The notes: a model not told the origin generated them from the letters alone. A stretch of 20,596 nucleotides of DNA from Armatimonadota bacterium (GCA_016235455.1 JACRKZ010000112.1:1-20596), one strand, 5' to 3'. Shown: positions 7,921 through 16,459, numbered from the stretch's first letter. Program-made: numbers and translations.

Positions 7921-9894
7921 ATGCGCCTCCTTGCCCTGCTTTGCCTGCTTTCCGCCGCCCACGCCGCCGACGTGCCCCTGCCGCCGCCGGCGCAGCCCGT
8001 GCCGGCCAAGGTCGAGATCGCCCGAGGCAAGTTCCAGCCGACAGTGGAGTCGCTCCGGCACTACGTCTGCCCCGAGTGGTTCCGCGACGCCAAGCTCGGG
8101 TTCTGGGGCATCCTCGGCCCGCAGTCGCTGCCCGAGGCTGGCGACTGGTATGCCCGGCACATGTACGTCGAGGGCAGCCCGCAGTACCTGTTCCACCTGG
8201 CGCACTACGGCCATCCATCGCAGTCTGGCTACAAGAACCTGGCTGCCGGTTGGCGGCTGGACAAGTTCGACCCTGACCGGCTGATGGCGCTGTACAAGCA
8301 GGCCGGCGCCAAGTACTTCGTGGTGCTGGCCAACCACCACGACAACTGGGACAACTGGAACTCGCGCTACCACGCCTGGAACTCGGTCAATGTCGGCCCG
8401 CGTCGCGACCTGGTGGGCGAATGGGCGGCGGCCACCCGCCGTGCGGGCCTGCGGTTTGGTGTCACCGAGCATCTGGCGCGCAGCTACTCGTGGTTCAACA
8501 CCAACAAGGGCGCCGACAAGACCGGGCCGCGGGCCGGCGTGCCGTACGACGGCAACGACAAGCGCTACGAGGACTTGTACTTCCCGCCGCACGCCGACAC
8601 CTCCGCCGGCTACCCCGAGAATCCACCCGAATGGTGGCCGCGCGAATGGTTCTGGCGGATGCGCGACCTGCTCGACACCTACCGGCCCGACCTGATGTAC
8701 TCCGACGGCGGCGTGCCGTTTGGCGACGTAGGACTGAGCCTGTTTGCCCACTACTACAACGCCAACACCGCCTGGCATGGCGGGCGCCTGGATGCGGTCT
8801 ACAACATCAAGAGCTTCGCTGGCGGCGACTACGCCGACGGGTTCGCCGTGCGCGACCTGGAACGCGGCGTGCTGCAGGGCATCGGCGGCGCACCGTGGCA
8901 GACGGATACCTGCATCGGCGACTGGTTCTACAAGACCGGCATCACCTACAAGCCGGCCAAGATGGTGGTGGCCATGTTGGCCGACATCGTCGCCAAGAAC
9001 GGCAACCTGCTGCTCAACATCCCGCTCAAGCACGACGGCAGCATCGACGCGGGCGAGGAGCGGTTCCTGGCCGATCTGGGCGCCTGGATGGCGGCCAACG
9101 GCGAAGCCATCTACGGTACGCGGCCCTGGTTGGTCTTTGGCGAGGGCCCGCACCAGAGCCGTGGCGGCCACTTCAACGAGGGTCTGTTCACCAGCATGAC
9201 GGCCGCGGACATCCGCTTCACAACCCGCGGCGGTGCGCTGTACGCCATCGTGCTGGCGCCGCCGAGCGACGGCGTGGTACGAATTCGCTCGCTGGCCAAG
9301 CCGGTCGGTCCGCCGACCAACCGCATCGCCAATCTGCGCCTGCTGGGCAGCCACCCCGCCGTGACCTGGTCGCAGGATGGCGAGGCGCTGACCGTTCGCC
9401 TGCCGGCTGGCTATCGTGGCGACGGCCCGCTGGTGATCAAGGTCGCCGGGCGCGACCTGCGGCCGGTAGTGGCCGAGTGGTTCGTCACGCCTACCGCTGA
9501 CGGTCACTTGCTGTGCGCTGCCGCCGATGCGCGCATTCATGGCCCATCGCCAGTGTATGAGCAGGACGGCGCCAAGGACCAGATCGGCTACTGGGCCGAC
9601 GCCAAGGACTACGTTGAATGGCCGCTGGCCATCGAACGCCCGGGCGTGTACGCTGTGCGCGTGACCTACTCCTGTGCCGCGGGTGCCGAAGGCAGTGCCT
9701 TCCGGGTGGTGGCTGGCGATCAGGCGGTGGCTGGGCGGTCGGCATCGACCGGCTCGTGGGCCGCGTACCGCACGGATGAACTGGGCCGTGTGAAGCTCGG
9801 TGCCGGGCGGGTAGCGCTTGCGGTCAAGCCCTTGGCCGACCCGCCATGGCGGGTGATTGGGCTCAGGTCGGTGGAGCTGCGGCCGGTGGAGTAG
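7921..9894 (+). CDS. Secreted GH29 alpha-L-fucosidase-family protein with C-terminal CBM6/35-like domain (657 aa)
   Basis: Signal peptide; PEWFRDAKLG, KQAGAKYFV, NHHDNWDNWNS, PDLMYSDG (nucleophile Asp), WQTDTCIG.W.Y, DIVAKNGNLLLN and NGEAIYGTRPW. C-terminal IGYW...DYVEW...PGVY beta-sandwich. Confidence 0.92.
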   Translation: MRLLALLCLLSAAHAADVPLPPPAQPVPAKVEIARGKFQPTVESLRHYVCPEWFRDAKLGFWGILGPQSLPEAGDWYARHMYVEGSPQYLFHLAHYGHPSQSGYKNLAAGWRLDKFDPDRLMALYKQAGAKYFVVLANHHDNWDNWNSRYHAWNSVNVGPRRDLVGEWAAATRRAGLRFGVTEHLARSYSWFNTNKGADKTGPRAGVPYDGNDKRYEDLYFPPHADTSAGYPENPPEWWPREWFWRMRDLLDTYRPDLMYSDGGVPFGDVGLSLFAHYYNANTAWHGGRLDAVYNIKSFAGGDYADGFAVRDLERGVLQGIGGAPWQTDTCIGDWFYKTGITYKPAKMVVAMLADIVAKNGNLLLNIPLKHDGSIDAGEERFLADLGAWMAANGEAIYGTRPWLVFGEGPHQSRGGHFNEGLFTSMTAADIRFTTRGGALYAIVLAPPSDGVVRIRSLAKPVGPPTNRIANLRLLGSHPAVTWSQDGEALTVRLPAGYRGDGPLVIKVAGRDLRPVVAEWFVTPTADGHLLCAAADARIHGPSPVYEQDGAKDQIGYWADAKDYVEWPLAIERPGVYAVRVTYSCAAGAEGSAFRVVAGDQAVAGRSASTGSWAAYRTDELGRVKLGAGRVALAVKPLADPPWRVIGLRSVELRPVE

Positions 9895-9908
9895 GCCGCG
9901 AGGAGACG

Positions 9909-10868
9909 ATGGTGGGGAAGCACGTTCGACAGACGCTTGGGATGGTTCTGCTGCTGGGGCTCGTGCTGTTGGCGCGCCCGGCGCGGGCCGAGGATACGTT
10001 CACGCTGGCCATCGTGCCCGATGTGCAGCCCGAGGTGGCCACCCCGCAGTTCCAGGCGCGCCTGCAGTGGCTGGTGGATAACCGCGCCAAGCTCAACCTG
10101 AAGGCCGTGCTCCAGGTGGGCGACCTGATGAACTTCAACGACGAGGTGCAGTACAAGCACCAGAGCGAGGCGCTGAAGGTCCTGGACAACGCCAAACTGC
10201 CGTACGCCATGTGCCTGGGCAATCATGACACCGCCGCGGTCAAGTTCGACGGCGGCAGCGCCGCGCCGGGCAATGTCAACCAGAACCTGCGCAACACCGC
10301 GCGCTACAACCAGTACTTCCCCTTGAGCCGCTTTGCCATGGCGCGCGACACCTTCGAGGCGCTCAAGATCGACAACTCGGTCCATCTGTTCGAGGCGGGC
10401 GGCCTCAAGTGGTGCATCATCAACCTGGAGCTGTGGGCGCGGACTGATGTCATCGATTGGGCCAAGCGCATGGTGGAGAAGTACGCGGACCGCAATGTCA
10501 TCTTCCTCACGCACGCGCACCTCAACGGCGATTTGACCATCCAGCAGAACAACGGCGGCTATGGCAACAACAGCCCGCAGCTGATCTTCGACCAGGCCAT
10601 GAAGCCCTATGCCAACGTGCAGATGGTGTTCTGCGGGCACGCCGGCGTGCAGGGCTACCGCACCGACAAGGCCGCCGACGGCCACCCGATCCACTCATTC
10701 CTGCAGTGCTACCACGACAACACCACCAACCCCACGCGCCTGCTGGAGATCGATACCAAGAACGGCACCATGAAGTCTCGTGTCTACTGCCAGACGCTGG
10801 ACACGGACAAGGCCGACGGCAGCACGATGACGGTGACGGGCGTGGCCTGGGTCAAGCCCAAGGGCTAG
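9909..10868 (+). CDS. Secreted calcineurin-like metallophosphoesterase (319 aa)
   Basis: RBS GAGGAG 9900-9905; signal peptide ending ARA. Metal motifs PDVQ, VGDLMN, GNHD, LTHAH and FCGH. Confidence 0.9.
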   Translation: MVGKHVRQTLGMVLLLGLVLLARPARAEDTFTLAIVPDVQPEVATPQFQARLQWLVDNRAKLNLKAVLQVGDLMNFNDEVQYKHQSEALKVLDNAKLPYAMCLGNHDTAAVKFDGGSAAPGNVNQNLRNTARYNQYFPLSRFAMARDTFEALKIDNSVHLFEAGGLKWCIINLELWARTDVIDWAKRMVEKYADRNVIFLTHAHLNGDLTIQQNNGGYGNNSPQLIFDQAMKPYANVQMVFCGHAGVQGYRTDKAADGHPIHSFLQCYHDNTTNPTRLLEIDTKNGTMKSRVYCQTLDTDKADGSTMTVTGVAWVKPKG

Positions 10869-10879
10869 AGGAGTAACCA

Positions 10880-12175
10880 ATGCTGCCGATGCTGACCTGC
10901 CTGCTCATCGCTGCCGCGCCGACGTCGCCGCGCTACGTCTTCGCGCACTACATGGTGGCCATCCCGACCTACGGCGGTGACAGCAAGGTCGAGGACTACA
11001 TGCGCGAAATCCAGGCCGCACAGTCGCGCGGCATTGACGGGTTCGCGCTCAACTGCGGCGGCTGGACCGCGCGCGAGCCGCACTACAAGGCGCGCACGCT
11101 GCTCATCTACGAGGCGGCCAAGCGGCTGAACAGCGGGTTCAAGCTGTTTGTCTCGGCCGACTACTGCTGCGGCCTGACCCTCGACGAGACCAAGGACATC
11201 CTCACGAGCCTCGCCGACCACCCCAACCAGTTCCAGGTGGGTGGCAAGCCGCTGCTCTCCACCTTCACCGGCGAGGGCGCCGACAACCAGCAGGGCCGCG
11301 ATCTGTGTGCGTTCCTGGACAGGCTGGGCGGCGACAAGGGCCGGGCCTGCGTGTTCGTGCCGTACTTCTACCCGCGGCCCAACGTCACCGAGCATCCCAG
11401 CCCAGAGGTGGCGGCCCAGGTGCTGCGTGACCATCCCACGCTCGACGGCTTCTTCTACTTCGGGGCGGCCGGCACCGACACGCAGTTGGCCAGCTCCAAC
11501 CGCAACTGCGCCAAGGCCTGGCTGGGCGCGGGCAAGCTGTTCATGGCGTGCGCCACGCCGTACTACCGTGGCCTCGGCGGCAACTACCGCTGCTTCGAGA
11601 CCAACGGCTTCGAAGGGTTCGCCAAGCAGTTCGTGGGCGCCATCGAGGACCAGGCCACCTGGATCGAGATTGTCACCTGGAACGACTGGGGCGAGGCCAG
11701 CTACGTCGCGCCGTTCGGCGAGCCCTCTGCTACGGAGCTGTGGGGCGGCCACTGGGGCAAGATACTGTCGCACGTCGCCTATCTGGATGCCATGCGCTAC
11801 TACATCGACTGGTACAAGACCGGTCAGGCACCCAAGATCACCGCCGACAAGCTGTTCTACGCCTATCGCCCGCACCCCAAGGCGCTGCTCGGCCCGACCA
11901 AGGCCCGCCCCGGCGGCGCCGATGCGTTGCTGGACAAGGTCTTCGTCACGGTCTACCTGACCGCGCCTGCCACGCTGACGGTGACCAGCGGCGACGCCGA
12001 GCAGCGCTTCGACCTGACCGCCGGCGTGAAGCATGTCGCCCTTGACGCCAAGCCCGGCGCCCAGCGCTTCCGGCTGATGCGCGGCGGCGCGACGCTGGTC
12101 GACAAGACCGGTGAGCTGCCCATCTCGGCCGATGAGGCGTTCGGCAACTTCAATATGTTTGCCGGACAGAGCTGA
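10880..12175 (+). CDS. Secreted GH71 endo-alpha-1,3-glucanase (mutanase)-like protein (431 aa)
   Basis: RBS GAGGAG; signal peptide. GH71 motifs VFAHYMV, GIDGFALN, FKLFVSAD, KPLLSTF.G and IEIVTWNDWGEASY; C-terminal YRPHPK...DKVFVTVYLTAPATLTVTSG sandwich. Confidence 0.9.
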   Translation: MLPMLTCLLIAAAPTSPRYVFAHYMVAIPTYGGDSKVEDYMREIQAAQSRGIDGFALNCGGWTAREPHYKARTLLIYEAAKRLNSGFKLFVSADYCCGLTLDETKDILTSLADHPNQFQVGGKPLLSTFTGEGADNQQGRDLCAFLDRLGGDKGRACVFVPYFYPRPNVTEHPSPEVAAQVLRDHPTLDGFFYFGAAGTDTQLASSNRNCAKAWLGAGKLFMACATPYYRGLGGNYRCFETNGFEGFAKQFVGAIEDQATWIEIVTWNDWGEASYVAPFGEPSATELWGGHWGKILSHVAYLDAMRYYIDWYKTGQAPKITADKLFYAYRPHPKALLGPTKARPGGADALLDKVFVTVYLTAPATLTVTSGDAEQRFDLTAGVKHVALDAKPGAQRFRLMRGGATLVDKTGELPISADEAFGNFNMFAGQS

Positions 12176-12182
12176 CCTGAGA

Positions 12183-12204
12183 GCGCGGACCTGGACGTCC
12201 GCGC
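12183..12204. terminator. GC-rich hairpin between convergent genes (possible bidirectional terminator)
   Basis: GCGCGGAC-CTGGAC-GTCCGCGC: perfect 8-bp stem in the 36-nt gap between convergent stops; no U-tract. Confidence 0.55.
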
Positions 12205-12211
12205 CCCAAGG

Positions 12212-14926
12212 TTAGCGCAGCGTCGCCGTATCCTTGGCCCAGTCGATGGCCACAGTGCAGGGCTTGCCGTCGGTGAGGTAGGTCGCCACGCTGACGCTGG
12301 ACTCCTTCCAGTCGACCTGCCCTTCGAGCTTGCCGCCGCCCAGGTCGGCGCGCGTGCGCAGCGCCACCACGCCGCGCGCCACCACCTGGCCCGCGCGCGC
12401 CGCGCCAACGCCGGCCGGCTTGAGCCGCACCACGGCGGTGCACAGGCTGGTGGCAAGGCGCTGCGGCGTGTCGAGCACCTCCCAGTCGCCATCGCCCAGG
12501 CTGGCGAGCATCAGGTCGCCATCGACCTTGAACCCGCGGCCGGGCACGGCCAGCGTGCGCTCGGCTGGCAAGTCCAGGCCGCGCAGCTCCAGGCTCGGCG
12601 TCGTCGCGTCGGTGGTCGTGATGGTGCGGCGCCGGTCGTTGAAGATGTCATTGCCCAGCCGCCAGTCGAGCAGGTCCAGGCTCTTGACCTGCACATCGGC
12701 CAAAGCGCTCCACTCGCTGATCAGCAGCGTGGTACGGCCGTCGGGCAGCGCCACGCAGGCGATGCGCTGCCGTAGCGCGTTGGTCGGCGCGGTGTTGATC
12801 GTCTCCGGGTTCCACTTGTCGTCCTGCAGCACCGAATTGACCACGATGCCGCCCTTGGCCACCCAGTCCAGAATGGTCCCGTAGTGCGGCGCCGCCGCGG
12901 TGGCGGTGCGGTCAATGAACAGCACGTCGATCGCCGCGAGTTGGTCGGCGAGTTTGGCGCCGCGGGCGCTGCCAGTGGTGGAGATGGCGACGGTCTTCAC
13001 CTTGGCCGCGTCCAGCGCGTTCTTGAGGTGGGCCTCGCCGGCCACATAGCCGCAGCGCCGGCCGGGCGCACGGGCATAGGCCAGCAGATTGGCGAACAGC
13101 GCCTTGGCCAGCGGGTCACCGGCGGCCGCCTTCTCGTCGAGGTTGGTCATCGAGACCACGAACTTGCCGGTGCCGAGCTTGGCTTCGAACAGCGAGGGGC
13201 CGCCGCGTGTGTTGCGGGCCAGCACGGTCCAGCCAGGCCCAGCCTTGGCCACGCTGTCCAGGTCGGTCAGGCCGGTCAAGCTGGTGATCTGGTTGGGCGT
13301 GGTGAACAGCGGATGCTTGGGGTCGGCCATGCTGCCCAGCGGGATGTTGTCGTCCTGCAACTCCAGCCGCAAGGGCGATGGCGGCCGGTCCGCGGCGCCG
13401 TGGCGCACCTCGCCGACGGACGCGAAACCGCCCTCGAACGTGGTCTCGTGGTGATGAGCGACGGTGGTGCCCGGCTTGGTGCGGTCACCAAACGCCACGT
13501 TGCCGGCCAGGCTGTGGTTCCACTCCAGCATGTCCTCGCCGGTGTCGGAGCAGACCATGCCGGTCACCGGTCCGCCGATGGAGCGCCAGCACCAGCCGAC
13601 CAGCCGTTGCGGATCGCGTCGCATGGCGAGCTCGCAGTACGGGCTGACGAACGTGCCCACGTTCTTGGCCGCCAACACCTCCCGTGAGGTGGGATGGGGC
13701 GGATCCTTCAGCTCGTGCATCATCGCGGCGATGGTCAGGTTGGCCGCGCAGTCGGTCTCCCATTCCGACGGCCAGCGTTCCATGATGCCCTTGGTGAACC
13801 GGCCGGAGAAGAAGGAGCCGTCGTTCCAGACCAGTTGCTCCCGCTCGAAGGTGCCCACGCGCAGGCGCTCGATGAGGCGCGCGTCGGCATCGCCGTAGAC
13901 CGTCTGCATGTGCACCAGCGCGGGCAAGATGAAGTACATGCCGTAGGCGTAGCGCGGCCAGTCCTTGCCGCCGACATAGGCGAACCGACCGTTCCACAGC
14001 GCGAACTGCTTGAGCCTCGACCAGACCTGGGGCAGGTTGTGATAGACCGCCGCGGGAGCCGCGCGTTGGTGGCTGGCATAGGCATACCAGACCCAGCCCA
14101 TGGAATGCTGCGGGCAGATCTGGTAGCAGATGTGGAATGGGCCGTGGTTCTCGATGGTGTAGTCCGGATGGATCGACGGGCCGCCGATCCACTGGTTGAT
14201 CGGCTTGCCGTCAACGAGCGTTGTGTTGCTCAGGTCTGCGGTCACGGAGAACGTGTTGAAGCACAGGGTGTCGAGTGCCGCGCGCCAGCCGGGCGCCTTC
14301 TCGTGGCGCGGATAGAGGTTCAGCGCCCAGGCCACGACTTCGGCGTCCCAGGCGTTCTCTTCGGCCTTGGTGTCGCCGTACTCCTGGTAGCGCGGCTTCA
14401 GGCCGATGTGCCGGCTCGCCTCGTGCTGCACCACCTTGTCGAACAGCGCCAGCTCGGCCGGCGTGAGGTCGGCCTTGAGCCGCAGCACCGCGGGCACCAT
14501 GCGGCTGACCCACCAGGCCGACTGCCAGTGGTTGCCCCAGGGCTTGTCGTCGGTACATTTGAGGTCGCCGACCACATGGGTGCGCAGGCGGTAGCGGATG
14601 GCCGCCAGAGCGTGGTCCTTCACCGTCGCCAGGCTCACGCCGCTGAGCGCGGGATCGTACTTGGCGTTGGTTGCCAGCCAGGCGTAGGTCAGCGTGAAGT
14701 TGGCCAGCGTCCGCTGGCCGTTCTCGTCGCTACGGCCGTCGCCAAAGTAGCCGACCTTGGTGTCACCGCCGTAGTTGCCGTGCCAGCCGCGCTCGGCGTA
14801 ACGCGGGAAACGGCCGACGATTCTCGTGTAGTCATCAGCGGCAGGATAGGCGGGCGAATCCCATGGGCCGGCGGGTGGTCCACCCGCCAGGGTCAGCAGC
14901 ATGCTCAGCAGTAGCGCAGGGGTCAT
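12212..14926 (-). CDS. Large secreted hypothetical protein: PL8/heparinase-like alpha-toroid plus beta-sandwich, with inserted GATase-like domain (904 aa)
   Basis: Start at ATG 14926 (MTPALLLSMLLTLAGG signal peptide; GGGAG upstream). Helical N-half with WQSAWW, DTKAEENAWD and DYTIENHGPFHICY; beta-rich C-half. The CDS is solid but the function is inferred. Confidence 0.8.
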   Translation of the reverse strand: MTPALLLSMLLTLAGGPPAGPWDSPAYPAADDYTRIVGRFPRYAERGWHGNYGGDTKVGYFGDGRSDENGQRTLANFTLTYAWLATNAKYDPALSGVSLATVKDHALAAIRYRLRTHVVGDLKCTDDKPWGNHWQSAWWVSRMVPAVLRLKADLTPAELALFDKVVQHEASRHIGLKPRYQEYGDTKAEENAWDAEVVAWALNLYPRHEKAPGWRAALDTLCFNTFSVTADLSNTTLVDGKPINQWIGGPSIHPDYTIENHGPFHICYQICPQHSMGWVWYAYASHQRAAPAAVYHNLPQVWSRLKQFALWNGRFAYVGGKDWPRYAYGMYFILPALVHMQTVYGDADARLIERLRVGTFEREQLVWNDGSFFSGRFTKGIMERWPSEWETDCAANLTIAAMMHELKDPPHPTSREVLAAKNVGTFVSPYCELAMRRDPQRLVGWCWRSIGGPVTGMVCSDTGEDMLEWNHSLAGNVAFGDRTKPGTTVAHHHETTFEGGFASVGEVRHGAADRPPSPLRLELQDDNIPLGSMADPKHPLFTTPNQITSLTGLTDLDSVAKAGPGWTVLARNTRGGPSLFEAKLGTGKFVVSMTNLDEKAAAGDPLAKALFANLLAYARAPGRRCGYVAGEAHLKNALDAAKVKTVAISTTGSARGAKLADQLAAIDVLFIDRTATAAAPHYGTILDWVAKGGIVVNSVLQDDKWNPETINTAPTNALRQRIACVALPDGRTTLLISEWSALADVQVKSLDLLDWRLGNDIFNDRRRTITTTDATTPSLELRGLDLPAERTLAVPGRGFKVDGDLMLASLGDGDWEVLDTPQRLATSLCTAVVRLKPAGVGAARAGQVVARGVVALRTRADLGGGKLEGQVDWKESSVSVATYLTDGKPCTVAIDWAKDTATLR

Positions 14927-14937
14927 CCTCGGGCTCC

Positions 14938-14965
14938 CGGCCGCGCGTTCAACGCCGCGCGGCCG
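14938..14965. other. Intergenic stem-loop between the MATE gene and the 904-aa gene
   Basis: CGGCCGCGCG-TTCAACGC-CGCGCGGCCG: perfect 10-bp stem, directly adjacent to the downstream gene's SD; no U-tract. Confidence 0.5.
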
Positions 14966-14982
14966 AATCCTGCGCCCAAATG

Positions 14983-16416
14983 CTAGACCGTGACGCTGCC
15001 CATCTCGATCACGCGCATATGGTGCCAGCGACGCGAGCGGAAACGAGCAAACAGCGCACAGGCCAGCACGGTGACCATCACCGTGGCCGCGGTCCAAAGC
15101 GCGTACAGCCCCTGGCCCAGGTGGTCCAGCAGGCCCAGCGTCAGCAGGAACCCGCTGTACAGCCCGACGCTGAGCACCAGCGTGGCCCGCGTGTCGCCGG
15201 CGCCGGTCAGCGCGCCCATGAGGATCAGGTTGGCCGCATCGGTCAGACAGTAGGCCGCGACGAAACGCAGCAACACCACGCCCGTGGCGATGGTGGCCTG
15301 CGCGGCGGGGTCGGTGGCCCAGTGGGGCATGAACATGTGCAGCAGCGACCGCGGCGCCAGCAGGAAGACCAACGTTGCCAGCAGCATCCAGCCCTGGGCA
15401 ATCTTCAGCCCTGTCCAGGCCACACGTTCCGACAGATCGGGGCGGAGCCGTCCTTGGCCCTGGCCGACCTGCGTGGCCACCGCCGCCGACAGCCCAAACA
15501 GTGGGAAGAAGGCCAGCGAGTTGATGCGCCAGACGATGTTGGTGGCGGTCAGCGCCGACTCGCCCAGGCGACCGACGATGAGCAGAAACGCCGTCCAGCC
15601 GATGACCTCGACGGTGAACCTCATACCGTTGGGCAGCCCATAGCGCAGCAGCCGTCCCAGCAGTTCACGGTCGAAGGCTCGGTTGCGCCACGTCCCGTAG
15701 ACCGCCCGATTGCGCGGCGAGAGGAACAGCAGCGTCAGCCACAGGGCGCACCAGCCCTGGGCACCGATGGTGGCCAGAGCCGCGCCGCGCAGACCGAGCC
15801 CCGCATGCCCCCCCACGCCGAAGATCAGGGCCCAGGCCAGGACCGCGTTCACGACCTGCGCGCTGAGCTGCACCGCCATCAACGTGCGGTTCTCGCCGCG
15901 CCCGGAAAAGAAGCCCGACAACGAACTGCTCAACAGCGCCAGGGGCGCGCCCAGACAGGCGATGTTGAAGAACGCCGCCTCATTGCTCGCCAGACGTGGC
16001 TCATGGCCCACCCAGCGAAAGACGCCGGAGAGCGGCCAGGCGATCACCGCCAGCAGCAGCCCCGCGCCCAGCGCGAAGCGGATGGCCTGCCACACGACCA
16101 GACTGATGCGCTCGGGCCGACCAGCGCCGTGGTACTGCGCCACGAACGTCGAGGAGAAGCCCGCCGCGCCGATGAACATGCTCATCAGCAGCCAGCAGAA
16201 CATCGACGCCGGCCCGTGTGCCGCCATGGCCGACGGCGAGTACCAGCTCAGGAACAGCCCATCGAGCAGGTGCATCAGCGTCTGCCCGGTAGACGCGAGC
16301 ACCAGCGGCACCGCCAGGCTCAGCAAGGAGCGAAGCGTGCCCAACTCCCCGTGGCCACCCTCGATGCGCACGGGCTGAGGCTCCAACTCGCTGTATTCGA
16401 CCAATGCTTCGCTCAT
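14983..16416 (-). CDS. MATE-family efflux/flippase transporter (477 aa)
   Basis: About 12 TM segments; LAVPLVL, VAQYHGAG, GLGLRGAALAT, LRYGLPNG, VGQGQG and GAGDTR MATE motifs; SD GAGGGAG. Confidence 0.93.
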   Translation of the reverse strand: MSEALVEYSELEPQPVRIEGGHGELGTLRSLLSLAVPLVLASTGQTLMHLLDGLFLSWYSPSAMAAHGPASMFCWLLMSMFIGAAGFSSTFVAQYHGAGRPERISLVVWQAIRFALGAGLLLAVIAWPLSGVFRWVGHEPRLASNEAAFFNIACLGAPLALLSSSLSGFFSGRGENRTLMAVQLSAQVVNAVLAWALIFGVGGHAGLGLRGAALATIGAQGWCALWLTLLFLSPRNRAVYGTWRNRAFDRELLGRLLRYGLPNGMRFTVEVIGWTAFLLIVGRLGESALTATNIVWRINSLAFFPLFGLSAAVATQVGQGQGRLRPDLSERVAWTGLKIAQGWMLLATLVFLLAPRSLLHMFMPHWATDPAAQATIATGVVLLRFVAAYCLTDAANLILMGALTGAGDTRATLVLSVGLYSGFLLTLGLLDHLGQGLYALWTAATVMVTVLACALFARFRSRRWHHMRVIEMGSVTV

Positions 16417-16443
16417 CGCTTCACTCCCTCAACCCCTGGGCAA

Positions 16444-16453
16444 ATGGTACAAT
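16444..16453. promoter_or_regulatory. Putative bidirectional promoter core
   Basis: ATGGTACAAT gives a plus-strand extended -10 TGgTACAAT (ATG 16460 six nt later) and a minus-strand TACCAT (16449-16444) facing the MATE gene. The two share the central TA. Confidence 0.55.
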
Positions 16454-16459
16454 CGCATC

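Noticed and set aside
14927-15097. Extended start of the 961-aa ORF
   Set aside because: It overlaps the MATE 3' end; the signal peptide and SD fit ATG 14926.
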